From Flavobacteriales bacterium (GTDB taxonomy: Bacteria; Bacteroidota; Bacteroidia; Flavobacteriales_E; Vicingaceae), in contig JADYZM010000061.1 in assembly GCA_020853105.1 (NCBI GenBank), forward strand, positions 13,410-77,409: 64,000 nt of DNA, in the 5' to 3' direction. Within the stretch, counting starts at the first letter, position 1. Every line of letters starts with the position of its first letter. This document shows, piece after piece, positions 1-9,535 of the stretch. A model generated the notes under the pieces. The model was not told the origin of the DNA and searched no databases. It saw nothing but the letters and a program-made list of their open reading frames with translations. The position numbers and the translations under genes are program-made.

Positions 1-214
1 CAGCTTCTTTGTTAAAATTTCTAACAGAAGCAGCACAGGTTCCTGTATCAATACTCGGAAAAATATTGAAGACAAGCTTTTTTCCTTTGAAATCGGCTAG
101 TGTTTTTGTTGTGAGGTCAGTAGCTGTTAAGTTAAAATCAATTGCCAAACTACCAATATTTGGTAAATTTCCGGAAGTATTTATTTCATTTCCTTTTAAA
201 GTTATTTTTGCCAT
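1..214 (-). CDS. tpx: Thiol peroxidase (Tpx-type peroxiredoxin), 5' part; runs off the window start
   Basis: Not in the ORF track. My translation of the minus strand from ATG at 214 gives MAKITFKGNEINTSGNLPNIG...FNIFPSIDTGTCAASVRNFNKEA, which has the Tpx FPSIDTxxC peroxidatic motif. Confidence 0.9.
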   Translation of the reverse strand, partial: MAKITLKGNEINTSGNLPNIGSLAIDFNLTATDLTTKTLADFKGKKLVFNIFPSIDTGTCAASVRNFNKEA

Positions 215-234
215 TATTTTTTGATTTAGAGTTG

Positions 235-1434
235 TTATTCAATTAGTAATACCAAGCCCTTTAGGTATTCTCCTTCGGGGTGAAACAGATTAACAGGATG
301 ATCCGGCGGCTGTGATAAATGATGTAAAACTTTTATGTTTCTTCCTACTTCTATTGCTGCTGCTGTTATTGTGTCGTAAAAAACTTTACGACTTATTGCC
401 TGCGAACATGAAAATGTGAATAGAATTCCACCCGATTTAATTTTTCGTAGAGCTGTTGCATTTAATCTTTTGTATCCTTGAATTGCGTTATGAGTAGTTT
501 TTTTGCTTTTGGCGTATGCAGGAGGGTCAAGAATGATTACATCGTATTCTTCACAATTTTGTTTGAAAAACTGCAAAGTATCTGAGACAAAAGACTGATG
601 TTTATTATGAAATCCGTTTAATCGGATATTTTCATCAACCCATTCAATAGCTTTTTGTGAACTATCCACAGAGTGAACTTCCGAAGCCCCAGCAGTTAAA
701 GCATAAATCGAGAATCCTCCGGAATAGCAAAAAGTATTCAATACCTTTTTTCCATTTGTGTATTTTGCCAATAAATTACGATTTTCGCGTTGGTCTAGAA
801 AGAATCCTGTTTTTTGCCCGTTAATCCAATCTAAATTAAATTTACAATTGTTTTCCAACCCAACAAAATTTGGCTTTGATGCTTCAAACAAATACTCGTT
901 TTTGATTTCTGTTTGGCTTTGTTTGAACAAACTTTCTGAGCTTTTGTCATAAATTGCTATCAACATTTTTTTATCAAAGCAATTTTTTAAGGCTTCTACA
1001 ATTTGATTTTTGTGGTTATGCATACCTATGGAATGGCACTGAATAACGGCGGTTCCATTGTAATAATCGATAACCAATCCAGGTAGTCCGTCTCCTTCCG
1101 CATGAACCAATCGATACATGTTGGTTTCCGGATTACTAGTTAAATTCAATTTTTCTCGAAGTTGAAAAGCTGACTTTATTTTTTTATTCCAAAAATCTTG
1201 ATTGATTTCTTCTTCTTCAAAGCTGAGTACACGAACTGCAATATTACTGTTACTAAAATGACCAACTGCAAGAAATTCGTTTTTGAAGTTTACAACAGTA
1301 ACTAACTCTCCATCTTCAGGCATTTGAGCCGTTTCATTAATTATTTTATGAATAGCTCCTGAGAATATCCAGGGGTGTTTACGTTCTAAAGATTTTTCTT
1401 TGTCTTTGTGAAGTACAATTGTTGCTGTTTTCAT
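235..1434 (-). CDS. rlmI: RlmI-family 23S rRNA m5C methyltransferase (PUA + SAM MTase)
   Basis: HPWIFSGAI N-terminus, HAEGDGLPGL, GQKTGFFLDQRENR, ILDPPAY and FSCS motifs. Confidence 0.88.
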   Translation of the reverse strand: MKTATIVLHKDKEKSLERKHPWIFSGAIHKIINETAQMPEDGELVTVVNFKNEFLAVGHFSNSNIAVRVLSFEEEEINQDFWNKKIKSAFQLREKLNLTSNPETNMYRLVHAEGDGLPGLVIDYYNGTAVIQCHSIGMHNHKNQIVEALKNCFDKKMLIAIYDKSSESLFKQSQTEIKNEYLFEASKPNFVGLENNCKFNLDWINGQKTGFFLDQRENRNLLAKYTNGKKVLNTFCYSGGFSIYALTAGASEVHSVDSSQKAIEWVDENIRLNGFHNKHQSFVSDTLQFFKQNCEEYDVIILDPPAYAKSKKTTHNAIQGYKRLNATALRKIKSGGILFTFSCSQAISRKVFYDTITAAAIEVGRNIKVLHHLSQPPDHPVNLFHPEGEYLKGLVLLIE

Positions 1435-1483
1435 GAATTAGCTTGAATGATGCAAAGGAAAACAAAAGCAAACAATTTGAAAA

Positions 1484-2344
1484 TCATTTTTTATTCTTTT
1501 TAACAGCTTTTATTGGAATCGTTAAAGTTATAATGGTGAGTAACAACAAAAAAAACAAATTAAACAGGATAGAAATCAACAGCATCAAGTAAAATCCGGT
1601 GATGAGATTTGAAAATGAGACAAAAATATGTGTTGCAAAATTTCCTATCCAAAAAGTGGTCAGATTAAAAATAAAAACCAACAACACAAAGAGCATCAAA
1701 CCGGAAAATGAGCCTTTGATATCCGATTTACTCAATGAAATAGAACCTCCAATTGAAAACAACAAATAAAAAAACAGTAAAAATTTCCACCAAGGTGATT
1801 CGTTATTTTGGAGGATTTGTTGAATTAAATTCATCATCGAATCAAATACTGAAATCAAAATATTTTTAGTAACTTCAAGAATACTCGGAGCTGCTAAATC
1901 AATGGAGTTGTTTATTACCTTAAAAAAATTGATATCAAGCAACAAAAATCCAACAATAAACAATGAAATTCCTCCTAATAAAATCGGACCAATTCCAATA
2001 AAAAAATTACCGATATTTTGATACCAATTTTTTTTGTTAAAAGAATGTTGTACATGCCCCATTTCAGGGTTTTTAGAGTCTAATGAAAAAAGTTTAACAT
2101 TAGAAACATGATGTCCGAAAATCAAAGCAAACACCAAATGACCCAATTCATGAATGGTTGTGCCTATCCATCCAAAAAGATACAAATAGCCTTTCATTCC
2201 GATTAATTCTACTGTTTTTTTTTCGAGTTGCTTCGAAACCAAATGCATGATTAGTCCTAAAATTAAAATCGGCACAATCAATATTGACAAATGAATAAGC
2301 GATGCAACAAACACGTTTAAAATATAGTCAAGAACTGCTTGCAT
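1484..2344 (-). CDS. Membrane-embedded M50-like zinc metallopeptidase
   Basis: HELGH (HExxH) inside a hydrophobic segment, GxGP motif, several TM helices. Confidence 0.65.
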   Translation of the reverse strand: MQAVLDYILNVFVASLIHLSILIVPILILGLIMHLVSKQLEKKTVELIGMKGYLYLFGWIGTTIHELGHLVFALIFGHHVSNVKLFSLDSKNPEMGHVQHSFNKKNWYQNIGNFFIGIGPILLGGISLFIVGFLLLDINFFKVINNSIDLAAPSILEVTKNILISVFDSMMNLIQQILQNNESPWWKFLLFFYLLFSIGGSISLSKSDIKGSFSGLMLFVLLVFIFNLTTFWIGNFATHIFVSFSNLITGFYLMLLISILFNLFFLLLLTIITLTIPIKAVKKNKK

Positions 2345-2349
2345 AAAGT

Positions 2350-2943
2350 TTAAATTCCGATTTTAGCAATTATCAAATCTGATTTTTTTTGTGCTTGCAA
2401 ATGACAAGAAAAAGCAGAGAAGATGTTCAACACCACTATATTTTCTTTTTTCAAAACAACTAATTTATCATTGATTTCAGCATATATTTCTCCCGAAACA
2501 AGATACAGTGCCATGCATTTTATATGTGGAGTTCTTTTAATTTCAATTCGATGATTGGCTTTTAGCTCAAGATGACTCAATTCGCCACGAAAAGGTTCTC
2601 TGACCATTAGATTAAAATCAATCCCTTTCCCTATTGAAGTTGTTTTCCATCCGCCGGAAAAAGAATCTGACTCAAATGTATTGAGTGTTTTTGAATGGTG
2701 ATTTTCATGAATTAGTTTTATTTGACCATTTAAAACCATTAATTCTCTGTTGTAGTTTTTAAGTTCTGTAAATACTGTTTCGTTACTCTCAATTTTAGCT
2801 GAGCTGATTCTGAAATCAAAGTTTTGCAAATGGTATTGTGAACTTTCAGGATAGATATACAATTGTGTGGTTGAACAACCAGACCACTTACTTGTAATGT
2901 AATTTTCAGTGGTAAAAATTTGAATCGTATTTGTCTCTATCAT
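2350..2943 (-). CDS. HutD/Ves family cupin protein
   Basis: WSGxxTTQLYIYP, FDFRISSA, F-x-GGW and DFNLM motifs typical of the HutD family. Confidence 0.75.
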   Translation of the reverse strand: MIETNTIQIFTTENYITSKWSGCSTTQLYIYPESSQYHLQNFDFRISSAKIESNETVFTELKNYNRELMVLNGQIKLIHENHHSKTLNTFESDSFSGGWKTTSIGKGIDFNLMVREPFRGELSHLELKANHRIEIKRTPHIKCMALYLVSGEIYAEINDKLVVLKKENIVVLNIFSAFSCHLQAQKKSDLIIAKIGI

Positions 2944-3100
2944 TTTTCACGAAAGTAATTAAAAAAATGTCTTGTTTTAGCAATCAATTTTAGGCATCTT
3001 TTTGTAATAATTCATAATCTTTTTTACTGTTGATGTTTCACTAAATAAAATTCAATTAAACCACAATAAGTCAATTAGATTTTTTTATTTTCATTTTCAA

Positions 3101-3922
3101 TTGTTTACATTTGAAAGTATTATGAATATAGAAGTTTTTAACGGATTAAAATTTGAAAACAATCAATTTTGTTCAACTCAAGATGTATTACTTGTTGAGC
3201 ACCCATTAAAAATTGCAGTTAACGGAAAAATCTTTACAGTTACTATGCAAACTCCGGGCAACGAAATGAATTTGGTGAGGGGCTTGCTTTATACCGAAAA
3301 TGTATATACAAATATTGATTCAGTTTTAGATATTTCTGTAGTAGAAACCTCTAAAGAAGGATATATCAGCAAAATTAATGTTGATATCGATAATAAATTT
3401 ATTGACGTTGGAATAGGAGTTGAACGTAATCAAATATCAGTTTCATCTTGTGGAGTTTGTGGTAAAACTGAACTTTCTGAATCACAAAATGACTTGGCAA
3501 ATTTGTCCGAAATTTTATTTTCTTCAGAGCAACTCAATAGTATGTTTAACACCATGAATTCATCTCAACCTTTGTTTGAAAGCACAGGAGGTTCTCATGC
3601 TTGTTCTGCGTTTAACAAATCTTCACAATTAATTATAACTCAAGAAGATGTAGGACGACACAATGCTGTTGATAAGGTGATAGGAACCCTGCTCTTAGAA
3701 AAAAAATTATCAGAAGCCTCAATATTGTTAGTTAGCGGTAGAATTTCGTATGAAATAGTGGCAAAATGTATTGCCGCTAAAATTCCTATACTTGCTGCTG
3801 TTTCTGCCCCATCAACACTTGCAGTAGATTTGGCTCAAAAAAAAGGAATAACTCTAATTGGTTTTTGTAGAAATAATCATTTTACAATTTACACACATAA
3901 AGAAAGAATAAGAACTAAATAA
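3101..3922 (+). CDS. fdhD: Formate dehydrogenase accessory sulfurtransferase FdhD/FdsC
   Basis: SSCGVCG, TGGSHAC, EDVGRHNAVDKVIG, SGRISYE and AVSAPSTLAV motifs. Confidence 0.93.
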   Translation: MFTFESIMNIEVFNGLKFENNQFCSTQDVLLVEHPLKIAVNGKIFTVTMQTPGNEMNLVRGLLYTENVYTNIDSVLDISVVETSKEGYISKINVDIDNKFIDVGIGVERNQISVSSCGVCGKTELSESQNDLANLSEILFSSEQLNSMFNTMNSSQPLFESTGGSHACSAFNKSSQLIITQEDVGRHNAVDKVIGTLLLEKKLSEASILLVSGRISYEIVAKCIAAKIPILAAVSAPSTLAVDLAQKKGITLIGFCRNNHFTIYTHKERIRTK

Positions 3923-3928
3923 AATTTT

Positions 3929-5566
3929 ATGTCAAAAAATTTAAGTGAACTGTCAGGAAGAAAAGGAATTGACGACAATCTTTTTGAAAGAATCGGAAAC
4001 TCAGCTCAATCAACAGGTTCACCGTCTCAAGAAGAGTTGAGTAAAATTGCAGATGAATTTTTAGTCGGAAATGCCAACACATTTGGTACATCTAGCTTTT
4101 ATGATTTTACAAAATCAGAAAATAAGGGCAAAAAAATATACGTATGCAACGGCAGTGCTTGTCTTTGTGCAGGAACTCAAAAAAATGTATCCGATATTCT
4201 AGAAAATCATTTTAAATCTGAAGAAATCGGACACATGACTTGTTTGGGAAGGTGCTATGAAAACAGTGCTTTTCATTACAATGGAAAAAACTATTCGGGA
4301 AGAGATATTGATAACTTCTCGGTGAATACACCGCCAAAATCTTTTTCAAAATACGTTGGAAATATTGATTCAAATTCATTTTTAACTACACCCTTTGAGG
4401 GGTTTTCAGAATTTTCAGCATTAATTAAAAAAACCTTATCTCGTTCACCCGAAGATTTGCTTGATGAAATTAAAAAATCTCAAATTAGAGGTCGCGGTGG
4501 AGCCGGATTTCCTATGGGTTTAAAGTGGGAATCTTGTAAAAATGAAACTAGTAGCCAAAAATTTATCATCTGTAATGCAGATGAAGGCGACCCCGGTGCT
4601 TTTTCAGATAGATTTTTATTAGAAGAACGCCCTTATTCCGTGCTGTTTGGAATGATTGTAGCCGGATATATCACCGGTGCAAACCGTGGAATTTTATATA
4701 TTAGAGCTGAATATCCCGAGGCAGTTGAAATTGTTCAGCAAGCAATTGACTCAATTGTAAAATCAGCGATTTTAACGAATACAAACGGATTTAATTTTGT
4801 TTTTAAGATTATTAAAGCAAAAGGCGCTTATATCTGTGGCGAAGAAACAGCTTTGATAAATTCAATAGAAGGACAACGCCCCGAAGTGAGAACACGACCA
4901 CCTTTTCCAACGCAAATGGGATTATTTAACAAACCAACCGTAGTTAATAATGTAGAAACTCTTGCATCAGTTCATGGTATTATTAAAAAAGGTGCTGAAT
5001 TCTTCTCAAAATTAGGTACTCCTAAATCAAAAGGTACTAAGTTGGTATGTCTAGACAGCTTTTTCAACAATCCCGGTTTATATGAAGTTGAAATGGGTTC
5101 GCAATTGTCTGATTTAGTTTTTAAACTAGGTGGCGGTTTCAAAACGCCAATAAAAGCCATGCAAATTGGCGGTCCGTTAGGTGGTATTGTTCCTGTTTCT
5201 ATGATTAATGAATTAACGATTGATTTTGAATCATTTGCTTCACATGGTTTTTTGCTTGGGCACGCATCAATAGTTTGTATTCCTGAAAGTTTCCCAATGA
5301 TTAACTATTTGGAACATCTTATGGAATTTGCTGCGTATGAAAGTTGTGGAAAATGTTTTCCATGCAGACTGGGAACAAAAAGAGGACACGAATTGTTGCA
5401 CAGTGCCATTCACGAAAACAATAAAATTGAGCATTCTTTATTTCAAGATTTGCTAAATACACTCCAACAAGCCTCGCTATGTGCTCATGGTGGAGGAATT
5501 CCTCTTCCAATAAAAAATGCCATGTATTATTTTGAAAACGAACTTAATGCATACTTCAAAAAATGA
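3929..5566 (+). CDS. NAD-linked formate dehydrogenase diaphorase subunit; fused NuoE-like [2Fe-2S] and NuoF-like FMN/NADH domains (FdsG-FdsB-like)
   Basis: CNGSAC...CLGRC [2Fe-2S] ligands, then GRGGAGFP, CNADEGDPG, YICGEETAL and SCGKCFPC...LC [4Fe-4S]. Confidence 0.88.
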   Translation: MSKNLSELSGRKGIDDNLFERIGNSAQSTGSPSQEELSKIADEFLVGNANTFGTSSFYDFTKSENKGKKIYVCNGSACLCAGTQKNVSDILENHFKSEEIGHMTCLGRCYENSAFHYNGKNYSGRDIDNFSVNTPPKSFSKYVGNIDSNSFLTTPFEGFSEFSALIKKTLSRSPEDLLDEIKKSQIRGRGGAGFPMGLKWESCKNETSSQKFIICNADEGDPGAFSDRFLLEERPYSVLFGMIVAGYITGANRGILYIRAEYPEAVEIVQQAIDSIVKSAILTNTNGFNFVFKIIKAKGAYICGEETALINSIEGQRPEVRTRPPFPTQMGLFNKPTVVNNVETLASVHGIIKKGAEFFSKLGTPKSKGTKLVCLDSFFNNPGLYEVEMGSQLSDLVFKLGGGFKTPIKAMQIGGPLGGIVPVSMINELTIDFESFASHGFLLGHASIVCIPESFPMINYLEHLMEFAAYESCGKCFPCRLGTKRGHELLHSAIHENNKIEHSLFQDLLNTLQQASLCAHGGGIPLPIKNAMYYFENELNAYFKK

Positions 5567-6768
5567 ATTTACTAAAAAAATTTCTTCTTTTTTCTGACAG
5601 TTTTCATCAAAAAGAAAAGATGAGGCTGGCGTCGTTTATTTCTATCTTATTTTTAATTCTATTTTCTATTCTTGCATTGTTTGAGTTGTTTAACTCAATA
5701 ATAAATGTTTTAACCTATTCCATTTGTACTCTAATTCCCACATTATTTTATTTCTATTTAAAAAAAACAGGAAAATACCAAATTGTTTATCTTTTTTACT
5801 GCATACTGGGAACTATCATAGCATTTGTTACTTTAAATTTTCTAAACACAGAAATCCATTTTGGCGAATTTTTATGGATGGTTTTGATAATTATTCTTGC
5901 TTTTTGGGGGTTGAATAATTACTATGGTTTTTTATTCCTATGTCTAAACATTTTTAGTATTGTGTTTTATATGGCATTTTCTATTCAAATCAACTTCGAA
6001 TCGTTGAGAGAAATAAATACATCTTATCGTTTTACTTTAGGTATTGAAACAAGTGTTGCATTGATTTGTATTTCATTTATACTTTATCAATTTGTTTCGT
6101 TTTATAAGTTTTCAATTAAAAAGATGGATTTAGTAAATAACAAATTGAATATTACCAATAGTGAAATCAATCAAAAAAATAACGAAAACATTTTATTATT
6201 AAAAGAAGTTCACCATCGAGTAAAAAATAATCTTCAAATAATTATCAGTCTATTAAGGCTTCAAAAACAATCCGTTAAACCGGAAGACGAACAAAAATTT
6301 GACGACTCCATCAACAGAATTATGTCAATGGCATTGATACATAGAAAATTATATCAATTTGAAACATTATCGAACCTGTTAATTGAATCCTATTTAAAAG
6401 ACCTTGTTGATGAAATTTCCAATACGTATTCTGCTGCTGAAATCACAACTAAAATCAATTCATCATACGATAAAATTGGTTTCAATACACTTGTTCCACT
6501 CGGATTGATGTTAAACGAACTCATTTCTAATTCCATAAAACACGCATTTGACAATCAAAAAGAACCTGAAATATCTATTTCAATTCAAAAAATAAACGAA
6601 ACTTTTTTTGAATTTGTTTATTCAGACAATGGTTCATGGAAAGACAAGAAAACCGAAAGTTTTAATTTTGGAGAAGAACTAATAACAACATTAACTGAAC
6701 AACTGGAAGGAACTTTTACCAGAATTGACTCAAAATATTGTTTTAAATTAAAAAATTTGGATTTATAA
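5563..6768 (+). CDS. Membrane sensor histidine kinase (HisKA_2/HWE-like), no adjacent response regulator
   Basis: Multi-TM N-terminus, H-box EVHHRVKNNLQ, N-box NELISNSIKHAF, atypical G1 box DNGSW. ATGA overlap with the upstream gene. Confidence 0.85.
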   Translation: MNLLKKFLLFSDSFHQKEKMRLASFISILFLILFSILALFELFNSIINVLTYSICTLIPTLFYFYLKKTGKYQIVYLFYCILGTIIAFVTLNFLNTEIHFGEFLWMVLIIILAFWGLNNYYGFLFLCLNIFSIVFYMAFSIQINFESLREINTSYRFTLGIETSVALICISFILYQFVSFYKFSIKKMDLVNNKLNITNSEINQKNNENILLLKEVHHRVKNNLQIIISLLRLQKQSVKPEDEQKFDDSINRIMSMALIHRKLYQFETLSNLLIESYLKDLVDEISNTYSAAEITTKINSSYDKIGFNTLVPLGLMLNELISNSIKHAFDNQKEPEISISIQKINETFFEFVYSDNGSWKDKKTESFNFGEELITTLTEQLEGTFTRIDSKYCFKLKNLDL

Positions 6769-6778
6769 AGCGAAAATT

Positions 6779-9496
6779 ATGAATACAGCCTTTATCAACA
6801 ACAAACCTTATACTTTCAATACCGGAGAAAGTATTTTAGCTTTTGTAAGGCGTATCGAAGGTGAAAAATCTATTCCAACACTATGCGATGCACCAAACTT
6901 GGAAGCCTTTGGATCGTGTAGAGTTTGTAGCGTTGAAGTAGCCTTTGAAAAAGACGGAAAAACCAAGACAGTGGCATCTTGCCATACTCCTGTTACAACT
7001 AATTTGCATATCTACCACAATACAAACTCTATTTTGGAACTCAGAAAAAACATCATCGAATTGGTGTTAACTGATTATCCAACAGATTTAATAAACAACA
7101 AGACAAAAGAAAAAAATGAACTGCAACAAGTGGTTGAGGCTGTTGGTATTAAAAAAATTAGATATCCAAAAGGAGCAAATCATTTCCGTATTGAATCAGA
7201 TGAATCACACCCCTACATGCGTTCAGATTTTTCGAAGTGCATCAATTGTTTTAGGTGTATAAGAGCATGCGACGAAGTTCAGGGAGAAATGGTTCTGTCA
7301 ATGGCAGGAAGAGGATTTGAAGCTCATGTTGTTAAAGGTTTTAATCAGTCTTTTATGGATTCTGACTGTGTGAGCTGTGGGGCTTGTGCACAAGCTTGTC
7401 CGACAGGTGCTATTTCAGATGTTTTTGAATCAAAGAATCTTGAAAATGCAAAAATCACAAGAACCATTTGTACTTATTGCGGCGTGGGCTGTAATTTGGA
7501 AGTTGCAACTCTAAATGGGAAAATAAAATCTATTCAAGCTCCATATAATGCAGAAGTAAACCAGGGTCATACATGTTTAAAAGGACGTTATGCTTTTAAG
7601 TTTTACGACCACCCCGACAGATTAAAAACCCCACTAATCAAGAAAGACGGTATATTTAAAGAGGTATCTTGGAATGAAGCCTATGATTTTATATCTTCCC
7701 GACTTGAAAAAATAAAATCCGAAAATGGAGCTGATGCTATAGCAGGAATTTCATCAGCAAGAACACCAAATGAAGAAAACTACCTGATGCAGAAATTTAT
7801 GAGAGCTGTAATCGGCACAAATAATATTGATTGTTGTGCAAGAGTTTGCCACTCGCCAACTGCTCTTGGAATGCAGAAAACATTTGGAACCGGAGCAGCT
7901 ACAAATTCCATTTCTGAACTGGAATTTACCGACTGTATTTTTGTTGTTGGGGCTAACCCAACCAATGCCCACCCTGTAACTGGTGCTAAAATCAAGCAAA
8001 AACTGATGAAAGGAACGGTAGGTATTGTTGTTGACCCAAGAAAAACACAACTTGCAAAGTATGCAACATACCATTTGCAACTAAAACCTGGAACAAACGT
8101 TGCCCTCCTAAACATGATGTTGTATTTTATCATCACTGAAAACATGGAGGACAAAGAGTTTATCGCAAAATATTGCGAAGGCTTTGAAGAAATGAAAAAC
8201 GAAATTCTTCGGTTAGACATCAGCCAACTTGAAAAAATTACTGGAGTTGATAAAAATTTAGTTAAACAAGCAGCAATTGCTTATGCAAAAGCAAATGCAG
8301 CCATGGAATTTCACGGGCTTGGCGTAACTGAACATTATCAAGGAACTTATACTGTTCAATTGTTGGCAGATTTAGCTATGATTACAGGGAATGTCGGAAA
8401 AAAAGGTGCAGGAGTCAATCCATTACGAGGACAAAACAACGTTCAAGGGGCTGCTGACATGGGTGCTCAACCACATCAAGGTGCCGGGTATTTAGATGTA
8501 ACCGATGCTAGCATAAACAAAAAGTACAACCAGTTTTATGGAGTTGAAGTGCCTTCAAACATTGGATACAAAATTCCGGAAATGTTTGATGCAGCAATTG
8601 ACGGAAAACTCAAAGCACTTTGGGTTATTGGTGAAGATGTTGTTCAAACAGACCCGAATACACAAAAAGTGATGAAAGCTCTAAAAAATTTAGACTTGCT
8701 CGTTGTTTCGGAATTGTTTATGACCGAAACAGCTAAGCTCGCAACTGTTATATTACCTGCTTCCTCATTTTTAGAAAAAGAAGGAACTTTTACCAATGGA
8801 GAACGAAGAATTCAACGCGTTCAAAAAGTGGTAGAACCTTTAGAAAATACAAAACCTGATGGACAAATTATTGTTGAAATGATGCGTAAAATGGGCTATA
8901 ATCAATGTGATTATACAGCCGAAAATATGCTGAAAGAAATTTCTCAAATCGTACCATTTTTTGCCGGAGTTAAATGGGATGAGCTTGGAATCAACGGAAA
9001 ACAATGGCCTGTAAAAGCTGATGGTAGCGATACAGAAATTCTTCACAAAGATGGATTTGTCAGAGGAAAAGGAAAATTCTATTATTGCGAATATGAAGAA
9101 AGCAATGAGGTGAAAACCAACAGTAAGGATTACCCATACATAATAACCACCAATAGAGAATTGGAGCACTACAATTGTGGAGCCATGACACGAAGAACAG
9201 GAAATGTGGAAATTGTTACCGAAGATTTTCTTTTAATAAACCCAACAGATGCAGAAAAAAATTATATACACGATGGCGATTTAGTTTGTGTTGAAAGTCC
9301 GAGAGGTAAGGTTGACATCAAAGCTAAAATTACTGATGAAGTAAAACAGGGTATATTGAGTTCAACTTTTCACTTTCCTGAAATAATGCTAAACAACATT
9401 ACTTCAAATGAACACGACAGTGAAGCTATGTGTCCGGAATACAAGGTAGTTAGCTGTAGAATTAGAAAAAGTAGAGGAAAAAATTTAGTTGTTTAA
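6779..9496 (+). CDS. fdhF: Mo/W-bisPGD formate dehydrogenase alpha subunit (FdsA/FdhF type, Cys-ligated)
   Basis: N-terminal [2Fe-2S] Cys set, CINCFRCIRAC and CVSCGACAQAC, CTYCGVGC...CLKG, active-site CARVCH (Cys-His), RGQNNVQG Arg, EKEGTFTNGERR. Confidence 0.92.
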   Translation: MNTAFINNKPYTFNTGESILAFVRRIEGEKSIPTLCDAPNLEAFGSCRVCSVEVAFEKDGKTKTVASCHTPVTTNLHIYHNTNSILELRKNIIELVLTDYPTDLINNKTKEKNELQQVVEAVGIKKIRYPKGANHFRIESDESHPYMRSDFSKCINCFRCIRACDEVQGEMVLSMAGRGFEAHVVKGFNQSFMDSDCVSCGACAQACPTGAISDVFESKNLENAKITRTICTYCGVGCNLEVATLNGKIKSIQAPYNAEVNQGHTCLKGRYAFKFYDHPDRLKTPLIKKDGIFKEVSWNEAYDFISSRLEKIKSENGADAIAGISSARTPNEENYLMQKFMRAVIGTNNIDCCARVCHSPTALGMQKTFGTGAATNSISELEFTDCIFVVGANPTNAHPVTGAKIKQKLMKGTVGIVVDPRKTQLAKYATYHLQLKPGTNVALLNMMLYFIITENMEDKEFIAKYCEGFEEMKNEILRLDISQLEKITGVDKNLVKQAAIAYAKANAAMEFHGLGVTEHYQGTYTVQLLADLAMITGNVGKKGAGVNPLRGQNNVQGAADMGAQPHQGAGYLDVTDASINKKYNQFYGVEVPSNIGYKIPEMFDAAIDGKLKALWVIGEDVVQTDPNTQKVMKALKNLDLLVVSELFMTETAKLATVILPASSFLEKEGTFTNGERRIQRVQKVVEPLENTKPDGQIIVEMMRKMGYNQCDYTAENMLKEISQIVPFFAGVKWDELGINGKQWPVKADGSDTEILHKDGFVRGKGKFYYCEYEESNEVKTNSKDYPYIITTNRELEHYNCGAMTRRTGNVEIVTEDFLLINPTDAEKNYIHDGDLVCVESPRGKVDIKAKITDEVKQGILSSTFHFPEIMLNNITSNEHDSEAMCPEYKVVSCRIRKSRGKNLVV

Positions 9497-9532
9497 ACAA
9501 AAAATCCCGACAATTGTCGGGATTTTTTGTTT
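9495..9532. terminator. Bidirectional intrinsic terminator (perfect 38-bp palindrome)
   Basis: AAACAAAAAATCCCGACAATTGTCGGGATTTTTTGTTT between convergent genes, with T-runs on both strands. Confidence 0.85.
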
Positions 9533-9535
9533 CTA

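Noticed and set aside
9-224. 71-aa plus-strand ORF at the window start
   Set aside because: It is the antisense shadow of tpx, which reads with recognisable motifs on the minus strand.
7754-9169. Several 100-150-aa minus-strand ORFs inside fdhF
   Set aside because: Antisense shadows of a strongly supported gene. The same applies to the short ORFs nested in ribBA, the TonB receptor, the T9SS genes, cca, comB and gcvT.
6779-9496. Selenocysteine-type formate dehydrogenase
   Set aside because: The active-site codon is TGC (Cys) in CARVCH and there is no in-frame TGA.
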